Origin: Micromonosporaceae bacterium
GTDB lineage: Bacteria > Actinomycetota > Actinomycetes > Mycobacteriales > Micromonosporaceae
Direction: 5' to 3'
DNA length: 64,000 nucleotides
Assembly (NCBI GenBank): GCA_047459115.1
Contig: VSCG01000001.1
Span: 10,488-74,487, forward strand
The translations under genes and the position numbers were made by a program. Below are positions 16,918 through 25,940 of this stretch, one piece after another (positions within the stretch are counted from its first letter, which is position 1; the number at the start of each line of letters is the position of its first letter). Under the pieces are notes generated by a model, which saw only the letters and a list, made by a program, of their open reading frames with translations, made no database searches and was not told where the DNA came from.

Positions 16918-16977
16918 TGCGTTGCGTCGTAAGCTCGCATAGCATCCCCGCAGTCGGCCTGACCGGCCCGGTACGCG

Positions 16978-17889
16978 ATGACAGATCGGAGTCTGCGGAT
17001 GGCACAGACCGCGGTGGCCGAACAGCCGGCCGACGCGGCACAGTTGGCGGCCCGCTACGGTCTACAGCGGAGTGGTGAACGGCCCTCGCTGGTGACCTAT
17101 ACCCGGCAGGTCTGGGCGTACCGGCACTTCATCGGCGCCTTCGCCACGGCCAGACTCGTCGTCTCGTTCTCCAGCGCCCGCCTCGGCCGGTTGTGGCAGG
17201 TGCTGACACCCCTGGTGAACGCCACCGTCTACTTCCTGGTGTTCGGCCTTGTGCTCAACACCCGAGAAGGCATAGACAATTTCGTGGCGTACCTGTGCAC
17301 CGGCATCTTCCTGTTCACGTTCACCCAGACCGTGGTCTTCTCCGGCGTCGGCTCGATCGCCGACAACCTCAACCTGGTCCGGGCGCTGCAGTTCCCGCGC
17401 GCCTGCCTGCCGATCGCGCTCACGCTGACCCAGCTTCAGCAGATGGTCGTCTCCACCGGCGTCCTGCTGGTCATCGTGCTGGTCACGGGCGAACCGCTGA
17501 CCCTGTGGTGGCTGCTGGTGGTGCCGGCCCTGCTGCTGCAGTCGCTGTTCAACGTCGGACTGGCCCTGGTCATGGCCCGCCTTGGTGCGAAGATGGCGGA
17601 CCTCAAGCAGCTCATGCCGTTCGTCATGCGCACCTGGATGTACGGTTCGGGCGTCTTCTACAGCGTACGGACGTTTTCAGAACACCTACCGCCGGCCATC
17701 GCGAACGTCGTGCACGCCAACCCGCTGCTGGTCTACATCGAACTCGTGCGCCACGCCCTGCTCAGTTCGGCGCCGCTGACGTCGCCGCCGCTGCAACTGT
17801 GGCTGCTCGGCATCGCCTGGGCACTCGTGGTCAGCATCGGCGGGTACGTGTTCTTCTGGCGTGGCGAAACGGAGTACGGCCGTGCCTGA
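16978..17889 (+). CDS. ABC-2 type transporter permease (TagG/polysaccharide-export type)
   Basis: 303 aa with about 6 TM segments. The N-terminal YRHFIGAFATARLVVSFSSARLGRLWQVLTPLVNATVYFLVFG is typical of ABC-2 glycopolymer exporters. Confidence 0.85.
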   Translation: MTDRSLRMAQTAVAEQPADAAQLAARYGLQRSGERPSLVTYTRQVWAYRHFIGAFATARLVVSFSSARLGRLWQVLTPLVNATVYFLVFGLVLNTREGIDNFVAYLCTGIFLFTFTQTVVFSGVGSIADNLNLVRALQFPRACLPIALTLTQLQQMVVSTGVLLVIVLVTGEPLTLWWLLVVPALLLQSLFNVGLALVMARLGAKMADLKQLMPFVMRTWMYGSGVFYSVRTFSEHLPPAIANVVHANPLLVYIELVRHALLSSAPLTSPPLQLWLLGIAWALVVSIGGYVFFWRGETEYGRA

Positions 17890-18679
17890 GCCACGCGAGC
17901 AGCCGCAGACCGGGGCCGCGGTGGCCGAGCGCGTCCCCACGGTCATCGTCGACGACCTGCACATCATCTACCGGGTCTACACCGCCGGCGCCCGCGCCAC
18001 CTCCCCGGTCGCGGCGCTCAAGCGCATGGTCTCGTCCTCGCGGGTCCGCCTGGTGCACGCCGTCCGAGGGGTCAGCTTCGTCGCGTACCAGGGCGAGGCG
18101 ATCGGGCTCATAGGGACCAACGGCTCCGGTAAGTCGACCCTGCTGCGCGCGATCGCCGGACTGCTACCGGCCACCCGGGGCGCGGTCTACACCAGAGGGC
18201 AGCCGTCGCTGCTCGGGGTCAACGCCGCGCTGATGAACGACCTCTCCGGCGAGCGCAACGTGCTGCTCGGCTGCCTGGCGATGGGGATGAGCCGGGAGGA
18301 GGCCCTGCAGCGGCGTCAGGAGATCATCGACTTCTCCGGCATCGACGAACGGGGCGACTTCAGTTCGATGCCGATGCGCACGTACTCCTCGGGCATGGCG
18401 GCCCGGCTGCGGTTCGCGATCGCCGCCGCGAAGAAGCACGAGGTGATGCTGATCGACGAGGCGCTGGCCACCGGTGACGCGCGGTTCCGCCGGCGCAGCG
18501 AGGAGCGGTTGCGCGAACTGCGCGCGGAGGCCGGCACCGTCTTTCTGGTCAGCCACTCGAACCGGTCCATTCGCGACACCTGCGAACGAACGATCTGGCT
18601 CGAGTCGGGCGTCATCCGCATGGACGGCCCGACCGATGACGTGCTCGCCGAGTACGAGGCGTTCGTCAACCGCAAGTGA
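17861..18679 (+). CDS. ABC transporter ATP-binding protein (TagH-like, glycopolymer export)
   Basis: Walker A GTNGSGKST, signature YSSGMAARL, Walker B VMLIDEAL. An alternative GTG 17882 overlaps the permease stop (GTGCCTGA). Confidence 0.9.
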   Translation: MAKRSTAVPEPREQPQTGAAVAERVPTVIVDDLHIIYRVYTAGARATSPVAALKRMVSSSRVRLVHAVRGVSFVAYQGEAIGLIGTNGSGKSTLLRAIAGLLPATRGAVYTRGQPSLLGVNAALMNDLSGERNVLLGCLAMGMSREEALQRRQEIIDFSGIDERGDFSSMPMRTYSSGMAARLRFAIAAAKKHEVMLIDEALATGDARFRRRSEERLRELRAEAGTVFLVSHSNRSIRDTCERTIWLESGVIRMDGPTDDVLAEYEAFVNRK

Positions 18680-18747
18680 GCCGACCTGATTGCCGGGCGA
18701 AACTCTCGCGAGTTGGTCCGCGGTCATTGGGTCCGTAGGATCTGGCG

Positions 18748-19944
18748 GTGCCAGGTCGATCGGTGTTGCCGGATCCGGACCGCACCGGCGGTTACCGGGC
18801 CGGGCACCCACGGGCGGACGAGCGACGGGCGGGTGAGCGGCTGATGAGTCAGCGGCGGGCGAGTGAGCGGTGGGCAGGCCGCAGCCTCGTCGACAGCGAA
18901 CCGACGATGTACCTCCCGATCGACGGCGGGCTCCCGGAGGAGTCAGCGGTCGGAGAACAGGGGCAACCGGCGCGCAGACGGAGTCGTGCCAAGCGGGTGG
19001 CCCTGATCACCGGTCTGGTCGTCGCGCTGCTCGCGGGGGGCGGGGCGATCGCGGCCGGGCTGTACGTCCGCTCGGTGGAGTCCAACCTCACCCGTGTGGA
19101 CGCGTTCGAGAACGTGCCCGAGGACTCCCGGCCGGCCAAGGTCTCCGAGGCGATGAACTTCCTGATCCTCGGCAGCGACTCGCGGGACCCCGACGTCACC
19201 GGCTCGCGCACCGACACGATCATCCTGGCCCACATCCCGGCCGACCGCTCCGCCGCGCAGCTGATCTCGATTCCCCGGGACACCTGGGTACCGCTGGCGA
19301 AATCGCCGTCTGGCAAGGGCGGGCACGAGGCGAAGATCAACGCCGCGTTCTCGCTGGGCGGCGTCCCGCTGATGGTGCAGACCGTGGAGAGCTTCACCGG
19401 GGTACGCATCGACCACGTGGTGCTCATCGACTTCGGCGGGTTCAAGGAGATCGTGGACGCGCTGGGCGGCGTGGACATCGCCGTCGACCAGAACTTCACC
19501 TCGATCCACCCGCCCAAGCGCAAGTTCACCAAGGGCATGATGCACATGGACGGGGAGACCGCGCTCGACTACGCCCGACAGCGGTACCAGTTCAAAGACG
19601 GCGACTTCGCGCGCATCCGTCACCAGCAGCAGCTCATCAAGGCGGTGCTGGACAAGGCGGCGTCGACGGGCATGCTGGCCAACCCGGCGCAGCTGAACTC
19701 GTTCCTGCGGGCCACCGCGGATGCGGTCACCGTCGACCAGACCTTCTCCCTGCTGGACATGGCGATGGAGCTGCGCCACCTGCGCGGCCACAACCTGACG
19801 TTCATGACCAGCCCGACGAAGGGTACGGGTCGGATCGGCAACCAGAGCGTGGTCCTCGCCGACACGGAGAAGGTCAAGGAGTTCTACGACGCGGTCCGCC
19901 GCGACGCGGTGGATGAGTTCACCGCCCTGGCCACGAAGAAGTGA
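18748..19944 (+). CDS. LCP (LytR-CpsA-Psr) family glycopolymer-peptidoglycan ligase
   Basis: A TM anchor followed by MNFLILGSDSRD...RTDTIILAHIP...LISIPRDTWV...INAAFSLGG...VRIDHVVLIDFGGFKEIVDALGGV. The start is uncertain (18748, 18844 or 18907). Confidence 0.9.
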   Translation: MPGRSVLPDPDRTGGYRAGHPRADERRAGERLMSQRRASERWAGRSLVDSEPTMYLPIDGGLPEESAVGEQGQPARRRSRAKRVALITGLVVALLAGGGAIAAGLYVRSVESNLTRVDAFENVPEDSRPAKVSEAMNFLILGSDSRDPDVTGSRTDTIILAHIPADRSAAQLISIPRDTWVPLAKSPSGKGGHEAKINAAFSLGGVPLMVQTVESFTGVRIDHVVLIDFGGFKEIVDALGGVDIAVDQNFTSIHPPKRKFTKGMMHMDGETALDYARQRYQFKDGDFARIRHQQQLIKAVLDKAASTGMLANPAQLNSFLRATADAVTVDQTFSLLDMAMELRHLRGHNLTFMTSPTKGTGRIGNQSVVLADTEKVKEFYDAVRRDAVDEFTALATKK

Positions 19945-19974
19945 CCGGCCCGGGCCGGTGAACGGGGCCCGTGG

Positions 19975-20775
19975 TTGGATATGCGCGTGGGATCCGACCT
20001 GGTGATCGCGGTGGAGCACGTCACGGTGCGCCGTGGCGGGACCCACCTGCTGCGCGACGTGAGCTGGCGGGTCGCCGCGGACGAGCGGTGGGTCGTGCTC
20101 GGGCCCAACGGCGCGGGCAAGACCACGCTGCTGGGCCTGGCGGCCGGTCGCCTGCACCCGACCAACGGCGTGGTGCGGGTGCTGGGTGAGCGCCTGGGCC
20201 GCACCGACCTGGCCGAGCTGCGGACCAGGATCGGCTTCGCCACGATGACGCTGGCCGAGCGCATTCCGCCGGACGAGACCGTGCACGACGTGGTGGTGAC
20301 CGCGTCCTGGTCGGTGGTGGGCCGGTTCCGGGAGCAGTACGACCCGATGGACGAGGCCCGGGCGCGCGAGCTGCTCGAGCAGGTGGGCATGGCCCCGCTG
20401 GCGCACCGCCGCTACGGGACGCTGTCAGAGGGCGAGCGTAAGCGGACCCTGCTCGCCCGGGCGCTGATGACCGACCCGGAGCTGCTGCTGCTCGACGAGC
20501 CGGCGGCCGGGCTCGACCTGGCTGGCCGGGAGGACCTGGTGGCGCGCCTCGCCGAGTTGGCGTACGACCCGGACGCGCCGGCGCTGGTGCTGGTCACCCA
20601 CCACGTCGAGGAGATCCCGCCGGGCTTCACGCACGCGCTGCTGCTGCGCGAGGGCACGATCGTCGCCCAGGGGCCGCTCGCTTGGACGATCACCGACGAG
20701 CACCTGTCGAAGACGTTCGGGCTGTCGCTGCGCGTACGCCACGAGGACGGGCGGTTCACGGCCCGGGCCGGGTGA
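19975..20775 (+). CDS. Stand-alone ABC ATP-binding protein
   Basis: GPNGAGKTTLL, LSEGERKRTLLARAL, LLLLDEPAAGLD. No adjacent permease on the same strand. Confidence 0.8.
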   Translation: MDMRVGSDLVIAVEHVTVRRGGTHLLRDVSWRVAADERWVVLGPNGAGKTTLLGLAAGRLHPTNGVVRVLGERLGRTDLAELRTRIGFATMTLAERIPPDETVHDVVVTASWSVVGRFREQYDPMDEARARELLEQVGMAPLAHRRYGTLSEGERKRTLLARALMTDPELLLLDEPAAGLDLAGREDLVARLAELAYDPDAPALVLVTHHVEEIPPGFTHALLLREGTIVAQGPLAWTITDEHLSKTFGLSLRVRHEDGRFTARAG

Positions 20776-20797
20776 GATAACTCACCCCGCGGTTCGC

Positions 20798-20816
20798 TTA
20801 GGTTAGCCTAGCCTTA
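20798..20816. promoter_or_regulatory. IdeR/DtxR-type iron box upstream of the Fe(III) ABC importer
   Basis: TTAGGTTAGCCTAGCCTTA matches the remembered consensus TWAGGTWAGSCTWACCTWA at 18 of 19 positions. It lies 42 nt upstream of ATG 20858. A partial core copy (GTTAGGCTAGCC on the minus strand) sits at 20826-20837. Confidence 0.65.
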
Positions 20817-20857
20817 TGATGGCCTGGCTAGCCTAACTACGTGACGGGCAGGGACTG

Positions 20858-21910
20858 ATGTTAATCACCCGTGTCAGGGCAATACTCATAGTGGTCGCCA
20901 GCGGGTTGCTCGCCCTGGGCGCGGCCGCCTGTGGCGCGGCCGCCGGGCAGTCGGGCGGCGGGGCCGACCCGGACAAGAAGATCACGATCTACAGCGGACG
21001 CTCAGAGTCCCTGGTCAAGCCGATGCTGGAGCAGTTCGAGAAGGCGACCGGCATCACCGTGGAGGTCCGCTACGGCAGCACGGCCCAGCTGGCCGCGCAA
21101 CTGCTGGAGGAGGGCGAGCGCAGCCCTGCCGACGTGTTCCTGGCCCAGGACGCCGGGGCGCTCGGCGCGGTGGCTAAGCAGGGCCTGTTCGCGACGCTGC
21201 CGGCCGAGGTCACCGACAAGGTCCCGGCGACCTACCGGGCCCGCGGCGGTGAGTGGGTCGGGGTGACCGGCCGCTCCCGGGTCCTGGTCTACAACGCGGA
21301 CCTCGTGCCCGCCGCCGACCTGCCCGGATCGGTGTTCGACCTGGCCGACCCGAAGTGGCGCGGCAAGATCGGCATCGCCCCGACCAACGCCTCGTTCGAG
21401 GCGTTCGTCACCGCGCTGCGGGTCCAGCACGGCGACCAGCGCGCCGAGCAGTTCCTCGCCGACCTGAAGGCCAACGACGCGCAGATCCGCGACAACAACG
21501 CGATGATCGTCTCCGACGTCGACGCCGGCAAGCTCGCCGTCGGCCTGGTCAACCACTACTACGTCTACCAACTCGCCAAGGAGAAGGGCACGAGCGTCGA
21601 CCAGCTCACCGCAAAGCTGCACTTCTTCTCCGACGGTGACACCGGGGCGCTGGTCAACGTCTCCGGTGTGGGCGTGCTGAAGAAGGCCGCCGACGACCCC
21701 GACGCCCGGGCGTTCGTCGACTACGTGCTCGGCACCGAGGCGCAGCGCTACTTCGCCGAGCAGACCTCCGAGTACCCGATGATCCAGGGTGTCCCGACCG
21801 CGCCGGGCCTGCCGCCGCTGGCCGAGCTCGACGCGCCCGACATCGACCTCAACGACCTGGACACGCTGGAGCGGACGGTCTCGATGATCAAGAATGCGGG
21901 GCTGGCCTGA
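20858..21910 (+). CDS. Fe(III) ABC transporter substrate-binding protein (FbpA/AfuA-like)
   Basis: Signal/lipobox-like N-terminus (LLALGAAAC), then ITIYSGRSESLVKPMLEQFEKATGITVEVRYGSTAQLAAQLLEEG...DVFLAQDAG. Confidence 0.85.
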   Translation: MLITRVRAILIVVASGLLALGAAACGAAAGQSGGGADPDKKITIYSGRSESLVKPMLEQFEKATGITVEVRYGSTAQLAAQLLEEGERSPADVFLAQDAGALGAVAKQGLFATLPAEVTDKVPATYRARGGEWVGVTGRSRVLVYNADLVPAADLPGSVFDLADPKWRGKIGIAPTNASFEAFVTALRVQHGDQRAEQFLADLKANDAQIRDNNAMIVSDVDAGKLAVGLVNHYYVYQLAKEKGTSVDQLTAKLHFFSDGDTGALVNVSGVGVLKKAADDPDARAFVDYVLGTEAQRYFAEQTSEYPMIQGVPTAPGLPPLAELDAPDIDLNDLDTLERTVSMIKNAGLA

Positions 21911-21921
21911 GCACTCATGCG

Positions 21922-23460
21922 GTGAGCGTGCGGCTGGTTAGCCGGGCGCGGCGCCTTGCGCCGCGCCCGGCCCTCGCCGTCGCCGCGCTGCTCGCCGTCG
22001 CCGTCGCGCTCGTCCCGCTCGGGTACCTGGCGGTACGCACCACCGAGGCCGGCTGGGACCGGATAGCCGCCGAACTGTTCACCCGGCGCACCGGCGTGCT
22101 CGCCGCACGCAGCCTGGCGCTCGCGGCCGTGGTCACCGTCGCGTGTACCGTCCTCGGCGTCGCGTCGGCGTTCCTCGTCACCCGCACCGACCTGCCCGGC
22201 CGCCGGGTCTTCGGGGTGCTCGCCGCGCTGCCGCTGGCCGTCCCCACGTACGTCGCCGGGTTCGCCTGGGTCGCCACGGTCGACGACTTCGCCGGGTTCT
22301 GGCCGGCCGCGCTGGTGCTCGCCCTCTGCTCGTACCCCTACGTGTACCTGCCCGTCGCGGCGGCGCTCGCCGGCACCGACCCGGCCCAGGAGGAGGTGGC
22401 GCGGTCGTTGGGTCGCGGGCCCTGGCGTACCTTCCTCACCGTGACGGTGCGACAGGTCCGTCCGGCCGTGGCCGCGGGCGCGCTGCTCGTGGCGCTCTAC
22501 GTGCTGTCCGACTTCGGCGCGGTATCGATCGTGCGGGTCGAGGTGTTCACCCAGGCCATCTTCACCGCCATCAACCTGGGCTTCGACCGCACCGGCGCGC
22601 TGGTGCTCGCCACCGTGCTCGTCGTGCTCACCGCGCTGCTGCTCACCGGCGAAGGGCTCACCCGCCGGCGCGGCGCCCGGTACGCCCGGCTCGGCGGCGG
22701 CGCCGGCCGCCCAGCGCCCCGGATCCGGCTCGCCCGCTGGCGCTGGCCCGCGCTGCTCGGCCTGACCGGCGTCGCGGCGCTCGCCCTCGGCGTGCCGGCG
22801 GTGAGCCTGGTGCGGTGGTTCGCCGCCGGGGTGTCCCGGCCCGGATCGCTCGCCGAGGTCGCGGCGGCCGTGGGCAACTCGCTGCAGGCCGCCGCGTTCG
22901 GGGCCGGGCTGACCATGCTGCTCGCCCTGCCCGTCGGCGTGCTCACCGCGCGCGCCCCGGGCGTGCTGGCCACCGCCCTGGACCGGCTGGCGTACCTGTC
23001 GCATGCGCTGCCCGGCCTGGTCATCGGGCTGTCCCTGGTGTTCTTCGCCATCAACGTGGCCTACCCCCTCTACCAGACCGTGTGGCTGCTCGCGCTGGCG
23101 TACGCCGCGCTGTTCCTGCCGCTGGCGGTCGGCGCGGTCAGCGCCGCGACCGCGCAGGCCCCGCCGGCGCTCGAGGAGGTCGCCCGGTCGCTGGGCCGCC
23201 GCCCCGCCCACGTGCTGCGCACGGTCACCCTGCCGCTGGCCGCGCCCGGGATCGGCGCCGGCGCCGCGCTGGTGTTCCTCACCTGCATGAAGGAACTGCC
23301 CGCCACGCTGCTGCTGCGGCCCACCGGCTTCGACACGCTCGCCACCGAACTGTGGACCCACACGTCGGTGGCCGCGTACGCCGCGGCCGCGCCGTACGCG
23401 GCTCTGCTCGTGCTCATCTCGGCGGTGCCCGTCGCCGTGCTGATCCGGGGGAGGCGGTGA
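21922..23460 (+). CDS. Iron ABC transporter permease (duplicated TMD, FbpB-like)
   Basis: 512 aa and highly hydrophobic. Two EAA-like loops (EEVARSLGRGPWRTF and EEVARSLGRRPAHV). Confidence 0.85.
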   Translation: MSVRLVSRARRLAPRPALAVAALLAVAVALVPLGYLAVRTTEAGWDRIAAELFTRRTGVLAARSLALAAVVTVACTVLGVASAFLVTRTDLPGRRVFGVLAALPLAVPTYVAGFAWVATVDDFAGFWPAALVLALCSYPYVYLPVAAALAGTDPAQEEVARSLGRGPWRTFLTVTVRQVRPAVAAGALLVALYVLSDFGAVSIVRVEVFTQAIFTAINLGFDRTGALVLATVLVVLTALLLTGEGLTRRRGARYARLGGGAGRPAPRIRLARWRWPALLGLTGVAALALGVPAVSLVRWFAAGVSRPGSLAEVAAAVGNSLQAAAFGAGLTMLLALPVGVLTARAPGVLATALDRLAYLSHALPGLVIGLSLVFFAINVAYPLYQTVWLLALAYAALFLPLAVGAVSAATAQAPPALEEVARSLGRRPAHVLRTVTLPLAAPGIGAGAALVFLTCMKELPATLLLRPTGFDTLATELWTHTSVAAYAAAAPYAALLVLISAVPVAVLIRGRR

Positions 23461-24518
23461 TGGCCGAACTGCGGGTTACCGGCCTGCGCAAGTCGTACGG
23501 TCCGGTGCAGGCGCTCGCCGGGGTGGACCTCGCCGTCCGCTCCGGCGACCTGGTGGCCGTGCTCGGGCCGTCCGGGTGCGGCAAGACGACCCTACTGCGG
23601 TGCGTGGCCGGGTTCGAGCGGGCGGACGCGGGCGAGGTGGTCGTGGACGGTCGGACGGTGACCGGTCTGGCGCCGGAGCGACGGCGGATCGCGGTCGTGC
23701 CGCAGGAAGGGGCGCTGTTCCCGCACCTGTCGGTGCTCGAGAACGTCGCCTACGGGCTGGACCGCTCGGCGCGCCGCGCCGGCCGCGCGGAACAGGTGCT
23801 CGACCTCGTCGGGCTCGCCGGGCTCGGTGACCGCATGCCGCACCAGCTCTCCGGTGGGCAGCAGCAGCGGGTCGCGGTGGCCCGGGCGCTCGCCCCGCGC
23901 CCGCCGATCGTGCTGCTCGACGAGCCGTTCAGCGCGTTGGACGCGGCGCTGCGCGCGGAGCTGCGCCGCGACGTGCGCGCCGCCCTGCGCGCCGACGGCG
24001 CCACCGCCGTGCTGGTCACTCACGACCAGGGTGAGGCGCTGTCCATGGCCGACCAGGTTGCGGTCATGCGCGACGGGCGGATCGTCCAGTACGGCCCGCC
24101 CGGGGTGGTGTACAGCGAGCCGGCCGACGCGTGGGTGGCCGGGTTCCTCGGCGAGGCGGTGTGGCTGCCCGCCGAGGTGTCCGCTGGCCGGGCGGTGACC
24201 GTGCTCGGCGAGGTGCCGGTCGCGGGCGCGGTGACGGCGGGCGCCGCCCGCGTGTTGCTGCGCCCCGAGCAGCTCGCCCTCGACCCGGACGGCGTGCCGG
24301 CCACCGTGGTGCGCTGCGACTTCCACGGCCACGACGCGCTGTTGACGATGCGCCTGACCGACGGCACCGAGGTGGCCGTGCGGGTGCTCGACCGTGCCGG
24401 CCGCGAGGTAGCCCCCGGGGACCGCACCGGCCTGCGGGTCACCAGCCCGGCCCGCGCCTTCCCGGCCGCGACCCCGCCCGCAACCCCAACGAGGTCGGCA
24501 TCTCCGGTACAACACTGA
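23460..24518 (+). CDS. Iron ABC transporter ATP-binding protein (FbpC-like)
   Basis: [14 protein letters not shown]...[11 protein letters not shown]...[15 protein letters not shown]...[14 protein letters not shown] 23460 shares one nt with the permease TGA. The 791-aa track ORF 22143..24518 is an artefactual N-terminal extension. Confidence 0.9.
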   Translation: MAELRVTGLRKSYGPVQALAGVDLAVRSGDLVAVLGPSGCGKTTLLRCVAGFERADAGEVVVDGRTVTGLAPERRRIAVVPQEGALFPHLSVLENVAYGLDRSARRAGRAEQVLDLVGLAGLGDRMPHQLSGGQQQRVAVARALAPRPPIVLLDEPFSALDAALRAELRRDVRAALRADGATAVLVTHDQGEALSMADQVAVMRDGRIVQYGPPGVVYSEPADAWVAGFLGEAVWLPAEVSAGRAVTVLGEVPVAGAVTAGAARVLLRPEQLALDPDGVPATVVRCDFHGHDALLTMRLTDGTEVAVRVLDRAGREVAPGDRTGLRVTSPARAFPAATPPATPTRSASPVQH

Positions 24519-24561
24519 GGACATCCCCGGGCCTGGTGGTGGCCGCCGCCGGCCGTACGCC

Positions 24562-25083
24562 CTAGGTGACGGGCATCTTCGTAGCGGAGGTCGCGACCTT
24601 CGGCCGCCCGCGCGCAGCGGCGCGGTGTTCGAGGGCGCGCTGCAGCGCGCGGTAGACCCGGCCGAACCGCAGCCGGTCGCCGGTGCACAGCACCAGCACC
24701 TCCCGGCCGCGCCAGCGGGCCCAGATCTCGTGCGTCCGGGTGCCCCGGTCCCAGGTCCGGTCGACCATGTCCAGCGCCAGGTCCACCAGCGGCAGCGTGA
24801 GCAGCGCGAACAGCCCGGCCACCACGAAGAGCACCACCCGGATGCCGGTCGTGGCGTCCAGCCGCACCCCGAGCGCGACCAGACCCACGGCGCCGACGAG
24901 CGGGGCGAGCGGGCCGACCGTGTACGCCGCCCGGGCCAGGAGCACCCGCCACCCCTGGCGGTGCCGGCGCCCCGAGCGGTGCCAGACCGTCGTCAACTCG
25001 CCGAGCGGGTACGCCCGGCCGCGGACCTCGATCGCGGCCGAGGTCACCCGTACCGTTGCGTCGCGGTAGTAGACGGTCATCAC
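24562..25083 (-). CDS. Hypothetical membrane protein (DUF6232-like by recollection)
   Basis: 173 aa. N-terminal [26 protein letters not shown] followed by two TM helices. The family name is from memory only. Confidence 0.5.
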   Translation of the reverse strand: MMTVYYRDATVRVTSAAIEVRGRAYPLGELTTVWHRSGRRHRQGWRVLLARAAYTVGPLAPLVGAVGLVALGVRLDATTGIRVVLFVVAGLFALLTLPLVDLALDMVDRTWDRGTRTHEIWARWRGREVLVLCTGDRLRFGRVYRALQRALEHRAAARGRPKVATSATKMPVT

Positions 25084-25128
25084 CTCGCACTCTACGTCCG
25101 ACCCGAGGGTTCGTTAGGCTGGGCGACC

Positions 25129-25908
25129 ATGACGGTTGGAGAGTTCGTCCGGTGGGAGACGTCGGGCGGCATCGGCACGATCCGGCTGGACCGCCCGCCG
25201 ATGAACGCGCTCAATACGCAGGTGCAGGAGGAGTTGCGCGCCGCGGCCGCGGCCGCCACCGCCGACGACCAGGTCCGCGCGGTGATCGTGTACGGCGGGG
25301 AGAAGGTGTTCGCGGCGGGCGCCGACATCAAGGAGATGGCCGACATGTCGTATGTGGACATGGCGGCCCGCGCCACCGCCCTGTCCAGCGCGTTCGACGC
25401 CATCGCCCGGATCCCCAAGCCGGTGGTGGCGGCCATCACCGGGTACGCGCTGGGCGGCGGTTGCGAGCTGGCGCTCGCCTGTGACTGGCGGGTCGCCGCC
25501 GCCGACGCGAAGCTTGGCCAGCCGGAGATCAAGCTCGGCATCATCCCCGGGGCCGGCGGCACCCAGCGGCTGGCCCGGCTCGTCGGCCCGGCGCGCGCCA
25601 AGGACCTCATCTTCTCCGGACGGATGGTGGATGCCGACGAGGCGCTGCGCATCGGCCTGGTCGACCGGGTCGTGCCCGCCGACCAGGTGTACGCCACGGC
25701 TGTGGAGCTCGTCACCCCGTACACGTCCGGCCCCGCCCAGGCGCTGCGCGCGGCGAAGCTGGCGATCGACGGCGGCCTGGACCGCGACCTCGCGGCCGGC
25801 CTGGCGTGGGAGAGCCAGTTGTTCGCGGCGCTGTTCGCCACGGAGGACCGCCGCGAGGGCATGACCGCGTTCGTCGAGAAGCGGGCGCCCAAGTTCACCG
25901 GACGCTGA
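25129..25908 (+). CDS. Enoyl-CoA hydratase/isomerase family protein
   Basis: [12 protein letters not shown]...[12 protein letters not shown]...[27 protein letters not shown]...[21 protein letters not shown]. The start is chosen at the internal ATG 25129. Confidence 0.9.
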   Translation: MTVGEFVRWETSGGIGTIRLDRPPMNALNTQVQEELRAAAAAATADDQVRAVIVYGGEKVFAAGADIKEMADMSYVDMAARATALSSAFDAIARIPKPVVAAITGYALGGGCELALACDWRVAAADAKLGQPEIKLGIIPGAGGTQRLARLVGPARAKDLIFSGRMVDADEALRIGLVDRVVPADQVYATAVELVTPYTSGPAQALRAAKLAIDGGLDRDLAAGLAWESQLFAALFATEDRREGMTAFVEKRAPKFTGR

Positions 25909-25940
25909 CGCCGACGCTGCTGACCGAAGGAGTAACGCCG

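Noticed and set aside
18822-18869. Direct repeat CGGGCG(G/A)GTGAGCGG x2 in the 5' part of the LCP ORF
   Set aside because: There are only two imperfect copies, lying in a region where the true start codon is uncertain. It is likely chance in GC-rich sequence or part of the untranslated leader.
22143-23459. Long N-terminal extension of the FbpC-like ATPase ORF (791 aa in the track)
   Set aside because: The extension is an alternative frame of the permease gene and is R/A/G/P-rich. The ATPase begins at ATG 23460, overlapping the permease stop.
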